NCBI GenBank assembly: GCA_001179505.1
Contig: CDMY01000484.1
Span: forward strand, 4,078-68,077
DNA length: 64,000 nt
Origin: Vitrella brassicaformis CCMP3155
Taxonomy: Eukaryota; Protista; Chromerida
Direction of reading: 5' to 3'
Shown here: in pieces, positions 12,447 to 26,908 of the stretch
Layout of the letters: every line of letters begins with the position of its first letter
How positions within the stretch are numbered: the first letter of the stretch is position 1
Position numbers and translations under genes: made by a program
The notes under the pieces: model-generated
The model's input: the letters and a program-made list of their open reading frames with translations, nothing else
Told to the model about the DNA's origin: nothing
The model's database searches: none

Positions 12447-14306
12447 CAGTCCGGACCGCGTAAGTGGGTCAGTACACAGCTGGCCCACTTACGCGTCTGA
12501 CCCGCTTATGCGTACGTACAGAGCTGACCCACTTATTTTCCAGCGACTTTTGAAGTGATTTCTCGCTGTGAATGAATCACAAGAGCCTCGCAGAAGCCCA
12601 TTGACTCTTTTTTTTTCTCTTGCTCAAAGTCACTCAAAACGACGAAAAACCGGTCTGTTCTCTCATTCATTCAATCAGTCCTTGGATGGCTGCGAAAGCC
12701 CTTGGATGTCTCCGAATGTTTGATTCATCGTTGATCTCCACACACGCCACGCAAAGTGATGCAGCCTGAGTGATTTTGCAAGAAGATTCGTCGTCGACAC
12801 ATGCACTTGGCGTCATCAACGGTGTCTAAGGGCCCATGATGGCACTAAAGGCTGTCGCGCCATAGCATGTCGCTGCCTATATGATTGGTCCTTGGTTTTG
12901 GCCCATCGTATCCACGCTATGTTTTGATGGTGTTTGATGCGATATTGGCCATGGCTCAGTGCAGTGGGCCGAGCTCCAAGCTACCGTTACACGGTGCTGT
13001 AGCTCGCAGTCCTCGCTTGACCATGGCGGATATCGCACTACGCCTGGGCATCGTGCACTACGTCACAGGTACAGACACGTACACCGCATGATCTCTACTA
13101 CACACCCGCACATCGCTCTCCTATGTCGGTTGGCTTCAGAGTGCCTTTGGTGCGTATTCGCTGCGTCATGCGGATGGACTGCCATCGTTCGTGGGTCGTA
13201 GCTCACTTGTCGGTATGGACCTACACTCCACCTACTCGCTGAGCCACGTCCATGCTCCCTTCTGGCTTGTATTGCATCTCATGGTGTGTGCAGGTTGGTT
13301 TGTGTGTATCTGTGGTCTTGGTTGTCGTTTGGGTGCTCGAGACACACTACCTCCGTCTGTTGGTACGCACCTACACGTGTGATGCGGACCATCTGGCTCA
13401 TCACTCACTGTGTGTCTTTGGTGGTACAGGGTATCATGTTTCGTTGTGCCTGACGGGCAGTACATCCTGCGGGGTTCGTTATCCATCACGTATGGTACGT
13501 TGCCTGCACACACACGCCATCTCGTGTGGCACCCACCATCCATCTCTCTCTCTCTCTGTGGATGTTTGGCTGGTGGTGCAGGGTGACTGTATGTTGGTCA
13601 TGGGTTATGTTGGTTGACTGGGATGAGCATACAAGTACGTCCCTCGCCCCTCCCCCATACATACACTTGTATGGTCCATCCTCACCTCTGTTGTGTGTGG
13701 TTGGTGTCATGTGTGTGGTATGGTGGTGGTGCAGTTTTGCGTCGTGACATTCGTTGGACTTCTGCGTGTTATTCACTACACGGTGTTGGTGACCGTTGAT
13801 CGTTACGTCAGCCTTTCGGCACTCCCGAAACGTTCACTCACCGGCACACACATCGACTATACCGATTTCGACAAAGGCATGAACAGCAAGCATAACAGGA
13901 AGCAAATCACATAAATCATGCCGCCCCGCCGCCTGCAGCNNNNNNNNNNNNNNNNNNNNNNNNNNNNNNNNNNNNNNNNNNNNNNNNNNNNNNNNNNNNN
14001 NNNNNNNNNNNNNNNNNNNNNNNNNNNNNNNNNNNNNNNNNNNNNNNNNNNNNNNNNNNNNNNNNNNNNNNNNNNNNNNNNNNNNNNNNNNNNNNNNNNN
14101 NNNNNNNNNNNNNNNNNNNNNNNNNNNNNNNNNNNNNNNNNNNNNNNNNNNNNNNNNNNNNNNNNNNNNNNNNNNNNNNNNNNNNNNNNNNNNNNNNNNN
14201 NNNNNNNNNNNNNNNNNNNNNNNNNNNNNNNNNNNNNNNCAGCCCTGCTGGCCCACATACGCAATTGACCCGCTTATGCGGTGACCCACTTACGCGGTCC
14301 GGACTG
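12447..14306. mobile_element. TIR DNA transposon, Tc1/mariner-like by TA target duplication; no transposase recognised
   Basis: Perfect 25-bp terminal inverted repeat CAGTCCGGACCGCGTAAGTGGGTCA at 12447-12471 and its reverse complement at 14282-14306. TA flanks both ends (12445-46, 14307-08). Subterminal TGACCCRCTTAYGCG repeats are present. Contains a 300-N gap. Confidence 0.8.
13940..14239. other. Assembly gap (300 N)
   Basis: Run of N. Confidence 1.
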
Positions 14307-16429
14307 TACCCCAGCACGACGCCTCGCGCCCAGACCAAGCCAGATCCTTCATTACCACCACGCCGACGGTGCCTTCCGGCCTCCGCCACCACGTGTCCAC
14401 CACGAGATGGTCCATCTCGGTCACCACCGGCGCTTCATACCTCAGATCTGGCTTGCTGCCTCAGCCTCACGTGCCTGCCTTGGTGGTGGTTGGGTCCGTC
14501 ATGTGTGTATTACCGTATGGGTGTCAGGTTCGTGACGACGGGGAGAGCCTCCAGGCGCCAGCCAGCGAGCAGGTCCTCACCGATGCCGACAAAACCAACA
14601 AAGCTTTGAAGGAAATCGAACGAAGTCAGAAGGTCCACGCAAAGCCGACGAATGCGCACGAAATGGATGGATGGATTCCGGCTAATTATGCAAGCTATGA
14701 TCTACACAAACTCGGCTAGGCTGAGGCACGCTAAGCCCTCAACTGAGCCCCCAGTCTTCGCACTTCTCTGGACACTCCTTCTCCTGACAAGGCGGCTGCG
14801 TCAGCATCAGCAGTCCCTCGCCACTGCAGCGACGCCACACGCCATCCGGTCCGTATCCTTGCCAGTGCGACAGCCATCAGCACGCCAACCAGAGCGCACA
14901 AGGCTCGCCAGAGACAGATGGACAGATGGACCCTCCTGGCACCCACCAGGTGACTTCAGTGAGGAAGATGGGTGTGCACGTGCGCTGAGGACACCCGCTG
15001 TATATCCTTGCTGGCAGGGGAAAGGCAGCCGCTCAGCAGCTTGCTTTCCCCGTCCTCCCGAGCAGCCTGCGGGATGCCACGAGGGTGGGCACTCTTCCTG
15101 TGAGTGGGTGCGTCAAGGACACGGGTGGACCGGTCGGTACGTGCGCCATTGCAAGCACCACATCGGCTCATGCACGTCTGCATGCAGCCTCCCGTGCTCC
15201 TTGATGTGTGTGTGCGTCTTGCAGCCATGGCTGACAGTGTCAAGCCGGCGAGAACGACAAGAAGAGGCGGTATTTGCAATGCTCTCGAGGCCAATGCAAA
15301 GGGTGGGCCAACAGGTGCACGAATGCACGCTGGTTGCATATGAAGGCCGTCGCCTCACACCGATGTCTTCGAGTGCGATATCGAGTATCGAGTATCGCGA
15401 TCGGCGAAGCTTCCTTCGTCCGTTTTCCGACCAACCCAACCCGTTGAACTTTTCCCTGTGATATATATATTCAGTGTTTCTGGCCACTCCCAGCCCTTCG
15501 GTCGTCTGTAGCCTTCACTCCTATCAGCTGCAAGCCTATCTAGTCGACCACTTTGAAGGATGCAAGTTCCCTTCTCGGTCGGGCTGTCGGGACTCGCCAC
15601 GCATTCGCCGCTCCGCGCTCCATCTGCCACGCTCCTCCGAAACACCGTCAAGAATGGATAGATTGTATCCGGATTTCCTGGGAACACATACAGCCACATA
15701 TATGCATGCATGACAACAATTCAATTCATCTGTGTTTTTCTTGGTGTGCCTACATTTCCTTCTTCTACGCCGTTCTCCTTCCACATCGTTCACAATGCAT
15801 CCACGGATGGATGGATGGATGGAGAGTTATTGGATGGACGGAGGCATGCACGCGCATGGTGAGTGATTGAATGAAGAGGCATGCAGATGCGAAGCCCCAA
15901 TAATGGAAAGCCAAATTAGATGTGGAGACGCACAATCTTACCCTTAACCACACCACAAAATCAAAGCAGCAGCGGTTTCACGAAATGTCATTCATTCATT
16001 CGGCGTCGTCATGAACACACCAGGCATTCATTCGGACGAAGCGAGCAGCACTGCAGAACACCCTGCAGAGACCAGGGCGGCGACTCCGGCTCATCAAGGT
16101 TTTCCTTGGCTACCCCTGGGTTTCACAGAAGCGCGGGGAAAAAGGCGCCGGCGCCCTCCTTGTTACTTGCCGGGCTGCGAGCGGTGTGGTGTGTCGGGTT
16201 TATGTTTGTGGGGGTGCGTGTACGCGTCTATCTTACATGCTCAGTGTCCGTGTCGTGTGTGCATAGGTCGGATCTTGTCTTCCTCAGTCTAAACACACAC
16301 CAGACCTTGAATCGAAGTTCACTGGAAGTCACCAGCAGACCAGACGTACCTCTTGTTGTTACGGCACACACCAGACCATGCGACACTGACCGGCGGCCGG
16401 AGAGCGTCATCAGTGGTGGCCGTTGCGGC

Positions 16430-17444
16430 TTCACTTTCCCGTATATGCTGACATCTTCGCTGACTTTCTCTTTCATTAGCGCCTCTGTTCTGCTCTATTT
16501 CGCTGTATTCTCTGGACGACACAAGAAGCTGAGCAGCGAAAGACGGCGTTTGGTCTCTTCATCTTCTGGCGGTGTTGCTGCCAACAATGGCAATGAAACG
16601 CTCTCCAGTGACGTTCCGCTGATGTCGTTCCACGATATGGTGTCCTATCTTGACGGTGTGATGGCGTCTGTTGAGAGTCGCTCCCGAAGAGTGGGAGCGA
16701 AAAGATGGTACCCATCTTCCACATTATTAATTCATACCTGACAAAGCAGCGAAATTTCGCGACTGACGATGCCGTCATAGCAGAGCGAAACGGGTTGGCG
16801 AGACAGCTGGCGTATACATTGGGAGCGCACGAAATGAAAATCCGGCACAGCTGACGTGCTTTGAGGGAGAAGCGGGATGTGTCACGCTATGAGGCCCTCA
16901 AAAGGGAGGAAGGTACTTCTTTGCCCTGACACTCAGGAACGCGGAAGAATCACTGGAAGAGCTGGTGCTGCAGGTGCTCGACGTCATCGACTTTCTGGGG
17001 CCCGGTAATGTCTATTTGTCCATTTATGAGAAAAGCAGCGAAGACCATTCGAAGGACTTTCTGGTCGGCATGGACCTTCTCCTCACTCTGTTCCATGCGC
17101 ATCATGGCATCGTAACTGACACTGAGGGGCGACCATCCGACGTCAACGCAGTCGAGTACCTCGCCAAAAAGCGCAACAGGGCGCTCGAGCCTTTGATGGA
17201 TGGAAACAGCGGTCCATTCGACAGGGTGGTCATCCTGGATGGCCTCGTTCTTGAGTTGCTACACGAGGCTAGCACGCAGGGGGCTGACATGGCGTGCGGC
17301 ACCGACTTCCGATTGCTAGAGGGCGAGAATGAGAAAAGGCGTCGTCTTGGATTCGCATGCGCTACACGGATGTGGCGAGAGCGCGAGACTCTGAAACAGG
17401 GAGCTGGACCAAAAGGACAAATATGTGCAGTGAGCTGTGTGTAG
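16430..17444 (+). CDS. CAP59-like alpha-1,3-mannosyltransferase (GT69 family), probably type II membrane; 3' part degenerate or unresolved
   Basis: RYFFALTLRNAEESL...FLGPGNVYLSIYEKSSED...YLAKKRNRALEPL...FDRVVILD...LELL...ADMACGTDF follows the CAP59_mtransfer motif order. An upstream hydrophobic helix (LTFSFISASVLLYFAVF) lies at ~16455-16510. The C-terminal motifs were not found. Confidence 0.6.
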
Positions 17445-19046
17445 ACAGCGTGCGTGTGCGTGCGCGCGTGCGTGTGTGTGTACACGTCTCGCGTGTTGTT
17501 TCGCTTATCCGCATGCTCGCATGCTACTCAGGTTCCTGCTCAAGTGTATCTCACATCGAGTAGTCTTGAGGGTCTTGGTCTTCCGGCGTCGCTCTTGTCA
17601 TCGTCTTTCTACTCTGCGTTTGCGCGAGCGCACCAGCCAGGTCTGTGCATTCAAGCCAAGCTCCCGCACAGCCTTAAGTGTGCGGGGGTTGCCGTCCCTG
17701 TCGATGTAACGTGAGGGCTGTTAGTTGTAACCCAACCGCCTCTTGGTCGGGGATTGCTGGGGTCTTGAGCAAGCTCATGACCAAATGCTCACTGAGACGA
17801 CCGTGCAGGAGACCTATGAGAAGAGATAAGCCAAAGAAGCAGACGTGACGGATGCATTAAATGTGCCTATCTGCAGAATGCGAAGAATCTGGCGTGAGTT
17901 TCCCTGTGACCTGCGATAGAGAAGAGGCGCCGAAGTGACGCGAGTGCATCGGTAGACGAAAATGAGGCAGACAAACAGAATAAGTGCTATACTTGGGCCT
18001 CACGGGGACGGATTTGTCGAAGACCGGCTTGCGTTGGATTTGCTGCTCATTCAGATTCAGTGTTTAAGTCTGTTACACTTGGGCAAGTCTTGGGGCAGCA
18101 CATTGAATTCGCTTTCTTCGCAAACGGACTTTTTCTCAACGTGAAACGGACTTTTGTGATGATCGAGTTCATTGAATGAATGGATTCGAACATGCATTCA
18201 CCCAACACATGAATGCGATCAGTCACATGCTATCTACACCGCCTTCTCCTGTCAGTCATCCGACTTGTCTGCGCTTCCCATTCTCCACCCGTCGCCGCTG
18301 CTGCTGCCGACGATGCTCCTCCGTGCCGTCCTCCTCCTCCTCTGCCTCTGCCTGCAGTCCTCGCCTTGGCCTTCGACGCTGCTGCCCTTGCTTTCTGCTT
18401 GACTGTATTCTTCTGCTTGACATTCTGACGACGCCGCCCCGTGCAGAGGGTGTGTATTGGATATTCGAGAAGGGCATCCTCCTCATAGATCCATCCATGG
18501 GCCCTCGGGACATTGCAACTGACCGGGTCAGGCTATAAACAACGAACGGGGAGATCCATGGGTGGGTCCATATTGTGTGTGTGATCTGCAGGTGGCTGAC
18601 ATGATTGGATTGGTGACCTACCCGACGGCGAGAACCCAGTGAGGCAATGGATTCGCGAGGCCATGGTGTGCTGGAAGGGCCTGACAGCGTGCCCGACACA
18701 GCTCTCCATAACCGACGGCGCACATGGTGTTGCGTCATGGGGCGTCATTCACGTAGCCACGCTCACCATCACAAGCACAAGACACGTCGTGATATACTCA
18801 AGCAGGCGGCGGCGATGAAAACCAGCGACAGCGTCGGCAGCGATAGCTGCGGATGTCAGCAAGGCGAATAGCACATCCATCCAGCCATGTGCGTGTGTCA
18901 GCTTCGCCGCGTGTCTGTCAGATCAGTTGAAGACGTTGTATACTTTGAACCAGCGCTTCAGCGAGGCCACGCTCGAATTCATCACCAAGCAGCAGCTGAC
19001 GGCCGTCAGCGAAGCAAGACCGTCTTCAAGGGCGTCCCCAGCAGCG

Positions 19047-19150
19047 TATTATTATTATTATTATTATTATATATATTTATATTATTATTATTATTATTAA
19101 TTTTCTTTCCTTTCTTCTTCTTCTTCTGCTTCTTCTTCTTTTTCTTTTTT
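19047..19150. repeat. (ATT)n followed by (TTC)n microsatellites
   Basis: Directly visible simple repeats. Confidence 0.95.
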
Positions 19151-20476
19151 TTGTGTTTGGAACTGAAGCGTGACACATGTACAAATATACACAGTCGCCT
19201 TCTGCGTCTGCATCACAGCTAGCCATAGCCGAACGAAAGGGACACACGCATGACATGCAGAGAGAGAGAGAGAGACTCGGAAGCAATAGCTCGGAAGCGA
19301 GTGCAGAGGGCGTGGATGCTTACTGATTGTTTTTCGTTGTCGATGTTATGTGGTGACCTTGTGTTTCTGAGTGACCAGTCGACTTGAGATTGCATCCACG
19401 TATGCACGCACGGTTCTTATCCTACATTCAGGCACACACCCATCACTCAATCCTACTCATCTCTCTCTACCTAGTCTACGGACTCAGGGCAGGGGCGCTG
19501 CTCCAGCAGCGGCCGTCGCAATGGGTGCTGGCACGTGTGCTGGCACGTAAATACAGACGTGCAGAGATGGGAAGATGCGGCACCAAAGGAAATGCACATC
19601 ATATGCCTGTACCGTTCATGACTGACCCCCATAGACCTCCTGTGCTCCCTTGCCACCACTGTTTCGTACGTTACTGGAGGCAGCACTGCTCCCCACTCAT
19701 GAGCCGGCAAAGGCAGCTGCTGACGTCAGCGCTCCCCGACGCCGACGAGCTCCGCGGCAAACACGGATGCGCGGTGCCTGGCGGGGCATGGTGGTGCGAG
19801 GTGGCGAGGGCTGGTGTCTCCTGAGCCGCTGGCGGTGGGCTGGGTCAGGCCGCTGCCGAGTGCCAGTCCTTTGTCGATGGCAGCCTTGAGCTGTTTGGTG
19901 TGCGCCCGGAGCTCCGGCAGGGAGGCCGGCTCTGGTCCCTCCCCTGGCCCTCCCTCCCTACCAACGTGCGTGCGCCATCTATGGAGCTGCTGGCCACACC
20001 GTGTGCGCTATCTGAATATGTTCACAAACCAGCAGGGAGATGGGAGATGCGCTGCACGTGGTGACAACTGAATTCAGCCGCTGAAGCGTGCGCTGGCCAA
20101 TCACAGCCGACCGCTACAGACCCATTCGGAGATCCTGATGGCTCATCTGAGCCAATGAATGGCCAACCTGAGCGGACACGCACACACAGAGCGAGGAAGC
20201 GGTGAGGGCTGTGTCGGTGAAGCATCTCCGTTGCAGACATCCATGCTCGAACGCGTGTGCACACGAGATCTATCTGATCTGACGCCAGCCACGCGGATAC
20301 GAACGATGTGAGATACACACTGCAGAATGCGGCTCATCTGTTTGATTGCCTTTCCCGTGTGTATGACACATACAGAAGGGAGACACGGCACTCCATAAGG
20401 CTGCATACGGTGGCCAATTTGCAGTTGTGTCTCAGCTGTGAGCGACACAGTTGAATGACGCCAATGTCTCATCCAC

Positions 20477-20532
20477 TCTCTCTCTCTCTCTCCCTCTGTC
20501 TCTGTGTGTGTGTGTGTGTGCGTGTGTGTGTG
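20477..20532. repeat. (CT)n-(GT)n compound microsatellite
   Basis: Directly visible. Confidence 0.9.
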
Positions 20533-21605
20533 TCATTCTCAAAGGCTCGAATGCGGCGGCGGTGCTCTGCTGGACATCAGAAACAATGATGTGAGTGACG
20601 GCTAAACGAACGCACAGAAAGGCTGCTTGCAAGTGAGACTTCATCGAGCACACTCAACGCCGCCCCCAAATTTGTCACGCCATAAGATGCTTGCGTATTG
20701 CTATAGCTCTGTTGCAGCTGGTCCGCCGCTCCTCGCCTCTGTTTGTGTCGCACCAGTAGCGATGGGAAACTGTGATGTAGTATGTATCTGTCTAACATTC
20801 TCTATGTCGCCTTCTTATGGCCTTGAACTTTCTTCTTTTTCCTTTCTGGTCGCGTCCCTCCCTCTCTCCCTCCCTCCTTCCCTGTCTGTCTCCCTTAATG
20901 CCTCTCTTTATGCTTCCCTTCTTATCGACTTTTCCTGCCTGCCACGCTCTGTGCCTCCCTTTTTATTTTTGGTGTCGCGCACGTCTCAAGTGGTGGGTTT
21001 CTTTTGCAGAAACAACGCTTAGGAAGAAATCCATCGTCAGATCTATTTTCGTTGCGCTTGAAGCCGACTCCAAAGGCAAATTAGGGCCGCGCCAGTGTTC
21101 CGCTCAACATCTGGCTCTGACGAGGGGAGGGGGAAGATTGCGACAAACAGAAGCCCAGAAAAACCCTGAAAAGCATGAGTCTGAGATCTGTTGGTCGACG
21201 TGCTTCTGACCCGCTCACACGTCCTTAATGTATCATAATCAGTGTCCGAACGAAGATCGATTCGCGCCTTCTGGCACATCCAATCGCATGTAAAGTACTC
21301 AGACACATAGCCGTAGCGGGATCGCCCTCATGCGCTTTCTCCTCGATCAGATATCCCCGAAGCACAAATCAGTGTGGCGAAAATCTCCTTGCTCCCTGGG
21401 ATAGCCCGTCTTGTGCGTTTTGTCCGGTTGTTCTTCGATGTCTGGACAAACAGACCCGCCAGTACACAGACAGAAGTTTACCATGTTTCCCTGCGACGCA
21501 CCGAAAACGGCCATTGATACCAAGTCACGAGAGATTTTCAGAAATAACGGTATGCGTCCGAGTAACGGTCCCATACGTAGTCATACTCAGGCCCAGTGTA
21601 CATAC

Positions 21606-24600
21606 ATGATGCCAGAAGTATTTGTTGTCCAGCCTTTGGTTATTGCGTCCTTCGTGCTGGTATCGCCTGTGCTATCAGCGTCACCTGTAATCAGGAAGCG
21701 ACACCAGGGAGACGACAACAAGAAAGGTGAGCTAGTAAGAGAGGCGGCCACTCAATCAGCGGCCGCATGTGTTGAGCGTTTCGGCTGTCTTTGTATGCAG
21801 CCCCCCTGCTCCCCCTCTGTGTTCCTTCTGATCCGTCGTTTGCGGGCAGAAGGTTCGCCGTGTGCCATGAAGACGGGTCCCTGTTCTTGCCCGAACCGCG
21901 TCCTGCAGTCCGGCTGTCTGTCTCTTCCACGTCACATCCCCCTTACGAGAGGCACCCGTATCCGACATTCTATCTCAGTGGCTCAACATCTAACGCTACC
22001 TTCGACTTGGTCAATGAGAGTCCTGAGAGGTCGTCAGGCAGGCTCTATCCCAAACTGGAGGGCGACGCGGAGGCCTTCACCATTTCTGTGTCTGGGAGGG
22101 ATAATCACTTTATCGAGGACATCAAGCCAAATCAGGTTGCCAACATCACTGTCAGATGGAACGGCGGTCAGACTCGAGAGGGAGAGGGGACTGGACAGGA
22201 TGATCGCGAACAAGGGCCGAGGACCAATGTTGCCTTCCTTCGCATTTCGAGAGACGTGCGTGAGTGAGGCTGACCTGGATAGAATTATCGATTTGTCTTC
22301 CCTTTGTTGGCGCATCTTCTCGGCATCAGGTGTGGGTGCTTCTTATAGGAAGAATTCAGCCTCCACCAATGAGGCCGACAGGTTTCTCAGAGATCGGCCT
22401 TCCTCGTGGAGAATCCCTACCTGCCTTCCTCGACAACCTGGTGGCGGTCGGCAACACGGAAGCGCGGGAGCCTTTGGCAGCGCTTCGTGCATCCATCGAA
22501 CGAATTGTCGTGGTAGGAACATCGTCACCTGCAACCGAGGTACGCTGACAGAGTCAGCTGGACCCTCATCTCGATGGCCTTCCATCGCTGTGTGTCCTTT
22601 TCTCGGTCAAGTATTCACCTGTTCCCCGTCGTCCCAGCAAGGTTATGGTGCCAGATGCCGTCCTCGCAGCCCTTGTTCCTCGCGACTCGCCGCCAGTCTT
22701 TCTAGCACCGGACACCCTCCTTCATCCTGTCATGACTGTCCACAGGGTCGCAGTGGATTATGACGGCGATGGCCAGGAGGCACTTCTACTTGACGTAAAA
22801 GATGCGACTAATTTCAATCGACGGTTCGTGCGCACCGTGTGACTCGACCGCCTGTCTGCCTTGTAGGCCACTGGATCGCATACGCACGAGTGGGGGGGAA
22901 GGGTCACACGGTACATATTCGAGGTCGACGGAAGTGTTCAAGAGGAGACTGTAAGCGGAGAGGCACCGGTGGTCGAATGTGAGAAGGTTCGGCTTCTCGT
23001 TCTGTTGCAGGAATGCCCTGAAGATGAGAAAAACTGCGTGCGGGAGTTGTTTCCATCACTTAGCATCGGTGAGCACACGTCAAGGTTGACCATTGGAGAC
23101 CAAGAAGGGCGTTTGCTATCCGGAGAGGACCACGTCGTCCAAGTCACGACGATAGATGAGGTCCCGGGCTGTGCTCTCTCACTGTATCCCGCGGACACGG
23201 GCAAAGACACTGTGTCGGAGTGGCTGCATAGCAATGCCGGGGCTCTCATTTCTGATCCATTGCACCAGAAAGAAGAGGCCCTGCGGCCTCAGTGGGTGAC
23301 CGCCAGTATCACAGCTGCTGGCGACGGGCGAGACCCAGACGCCCCGCAACCATACGAATCGTGCCGGATCGTGCCCGATCGAGCGGATTCCTATCTTGAT
23401 TCACAATTCAAGGAACATATGATCATACGGGCCATGGTCGGAAGTGGGAGGAACGACAGATGTTAGGCGTCATTTCTCACATGGTCGTACTCTCTACTGC
23501 TGGCCTCTGTGTCAGGGAACGATCGAAATACTCGATGACGGGTCCCTTGACTCGATGAAGCTGGATGTGAAAGGAGGGGATGACGTGGCGGTGTGGATCA
23601 ATGGCAAGGAAACACAGCTCGCCAATGACACTCGAACGATCCACCTGTCTCGGCCCGACAAAAAGGATTACGACAAGCGAGTGAGTTTCGAGGTCCGGTG
23701 GCTTGTGGGGGAGGCGGGATCGTCGCCAGATGGCGTGCGGCTTGAGGTCAAAGGAAAGAATCGTTGGTACATGACCCACGGCCAGCTTGACTGGCCGCCT
23801 TTCATCAATAAGGTAACTCCAGATGTGATGTCCCCGAACGGTGGGCAAGAAATGATTATTCATGGAGTAGGCTTCCTCAATCCAAAGGTATGAAGGTATT
23901 TCCTTTTGACACGCTAACCACAAAGCAATACTCGTTGCTGCGCCTCCTTCTGTTCAGAGTTTAAAGACTGCGAAGCTCCTCCTGAGTGGCCGTATGGTGA
24001 AAAGAGACGAAGTGCCAGACGGTGGCAGAGCTGAGGCAGGAGTGCTGGAGTGGAGCGGCACACAAATCACGTACCGAACACATCAGGTCAGACTCCACTT
24101 ATACAAAGGGTGGGTCGCCGTCCTATTGTCTTTTTCTCTTACAGATTGACGAGACCGGTTTGAGTCACCTTCAAGTCGAGACAAGCAGCGGGATATCCAA
24201 TGCGTACCCCGTGAAAGTCTCGGCGGCTGGGCAAATGGACGACATCAAGTACAAGTCGCCAAAAACACTTCTCAGGGGACTTTTTAGTTTTGTGGATCGG
24301 CACGCAGCTCAGCAGGAGGAGAGCAGGATCCTTGATCGATTATTTGACGAAGAACGGTCTGGTGGAGAACAGAACACTCGGGCAGAATGGCAAAAAAAGA
24401 GAGATGCCGTTGTGGGTGGCTTCGGATTGAGAGGTGCATGGGGTCCTGATGCGAAGACCTTCTACGTAGGGACAGCTGATGGAAATCTCATGAGTGTGAG
24501 ATTCACGGCCAACGACGAGATAGATCCGCAGTCTCTGAAGTTCCACGACACGATCAAGAAACAATACCCCGATCATTCCCTTATCGGCATCGCATGTATG

Positions 24601-26908
24601 TAGCAGGGCTCGCAGATAAAAGGAGGGGCTTGTGCACATCGACCGACTCTCGTGCCGTTTCTCTGCGGTGCTCTGCAGTCGACCCACTTCGCGATCCGTC
24701 CGATCCGCACCTATACGTCTCACACGCACCCATATATTACTGGGCAAGCGCAAAAGGCCCACAAGGAGCACGGCGAGAGCCTCTCTGTGCTATATGGCTT
24801 CAGTGGAGGAAGGGCATCACATGCTTTGAAGGAGAGAATGGCTACGCTGCCTTTATGGCCAAGATCTCTCGTCTGACTGGTCCTGACTTCTCGGTCCTGG
24901 AGACGGTTGTGGAGGGCCTTCCCAATGGGAACAGTGACCATAACGTGAATGGCATCTATTTCGACAACGATGGCAGTCTGTACGCATGCTCCGGGAGTGC
25001 GACGAATGCCGGATGGCCGAGTAACCCCTTCCACAATACTATCATTATACTATTGTCATATCATCACCTCAGACTGTATGCTCGGTGGGCTGCCCGAGTC
25101 GCCCCTGACTGGGGCGCTCCTGAAGGTACACGAACAATGGAGGATGCTGAAACTAGTCATGCGAGAGGTGCATTGATTGCCATTTGGTTCCCCAGATAGA
25201 TGTTCGCAATCCAAAGCTGACCAATAAGATCGAGTATGTCTACTATAAGACACGAGAACTTGTTGAGAAGCCAAATCAGGTTTGCCAGACAGAGGAAGGC
25301 TGACTTGTCTCGACTTTTTGACGGTCTGCAGGTGGAGGGCGATCGCTATGATCTGGCTGATTCTGCGGTTGGCATTTTCATTTGGGCCAGTGGCTTACGG
25401 AACATTTATGACGCTACCTATACAACAAAAGGTGCGCCCGTGGCGAGTCGTTGTGTAGGTACATGAGGGGATTCAGGTATGTCTATCGGTCTTTCCGTCT
25501 GTCCGTGTGAAAAGGCGAAACATATATTATCATGAACGGTAAAAGCATAGAAGCACCAGGGCAACAGGAAACACGCAGTTTCTTTTGTGCGTGTGTGTGT
25601 GTGTGTTCTTTTGTGTGTGTGTGTGTGTGTTTCTTTTTTTTTGTGTTTCTTTTTTCTTCTGACTGCATTAGGCCCCAACAATTTTCTCGGAATGTGTGTG
25701 AACGGCGAGCCGCAAAGCAATGGCTGTACTGCTGCGGACTTCGACACATGGTAACCATAAATCGTCGACCGCAATGTGTGTGTCTGTGGTGTATCTGCGG
25801 ATTATGTTCTCTTCTGCTCATGTTAGGGATGAGATTGAAAACCTGAGTGAACAAAGGATTGTCCGCAACCCTCTTTACCTGCCCAAACCTTACAAGGTGC
25901 CGAGAAGCGACAAGCTCAAGAACTGCCAGCCAGTCATACGCCCACATTTCAAGACGCCCGATAGGATATTTCGAAGTTTCGAGGGCGCGCACCACGGTCA
26001 TCCTAATCCAGCCAGAGCGAGAAACACGAATGACACGAAACAGTGGTAGGCAACCACGTGTTCAACTGGTATTGTCAGCTATTACGGGACCTGCCGATGG
26101 TTGTGATTGGCTAGGTACCATCACGTATTGACACCGGATATGGAATACACTCCAGGCTGGGAAATACCCTCGCCAACAGTACGCTGAAAGAGAAGAGCGA
26201 CGGTAGCTCTCTGTCCGATCATTATGTACATGTCGCTCTTTCGTCATATCAGACGGGAATCAGTGAGTACCGGGGGACGTGTTTCGGCGGAAAGCTCCGT
26301 GATGATATGCTGGTCTCGAGGTGGAGAAAAGGAATCTACTTCCTCGACTTGCCCGACGATGAAAACGCCAATGAAAGCATTGAGTGGGTTGAAACATCTC
26401 ACAGTTCACAGTAACTTCTGTATGTGTGTCCATACAATACAGGATCCTGACGAGTGACACCGGAGAGCAGAACCTTAACATTGTCTACGGACCCGGTTGC
26501 TCGATAGTCATCGTGTCATTTGTCAAGGATGAGGTGACGATCATCACTCCCGAGGAGGAATCGCTGGATAAGTTCGAAGCGGAGGAGCTAGCGGCGGGCA
26601 CTGCTGTAATCTACGACATCCTACCATGGCGAGCACCTACACAATTCGACATTCCCTTCACCGTTGGAGGACGCAGATTTAAGAAAGAGAAAAAGCCAGC
26701 CGCGGTCCGCATAGGTGGCGTCGAGGCCGAAATTAGTTCGTTTGATGACACCCGCATCGAAGGGATTATTCGAGCAGGGCATACGAGGGATAAGCCCGCA
26801 AAGAAACTCGTTGATGTCGAAGTCATCTTCTCTGATCATACAAGAGCACTTCTCAAAGAAGCGTTCATGTTTCTCAATGCACCTCCGCAGTCAGACCATG
26901 ACTTGTAG
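21606..26908 (+). CDS. Large secreted multi-exon protein: Ig-like regions, IPT/TIG domain, glucose/sorbosone-dehydrogenase-like beta-propeller, second IPT-like domain
   Basis: Signal peptide MMPEVFVVQPLVIASFVLVSPVLSA. IPT motif PFINKVTPDVMSPNGGQEMIIHGVGF. GSDH-like motifs VVEGLPNGNSDHNVNGIYFDNDGSLYACSGSATNAGWP, WASGLRNIYD and HHGHPNPAR. C-terminal IVYGPG...AVRIGGVEAEISSFDDTRIEGII. Exon structure approximate. Confidence 0.6.

Noticed and set aside
13834-14392. ORFs spanning N gaps (also at 28213-29096 and 39085-40026)
   Set aside because: Artefacts of translating through Ns.
14672-14700. SH3-like GWIPANY motif
   Set aside because: Only a 7-residue match; the rest of the SH3 fold is not evident.
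18172-19030. Possible secreted beta-propeller gene (GVYWIFEKGILLIDP)
   Set aside because: I could not assemble a consistent exon chain, so support is too weak to annotate.
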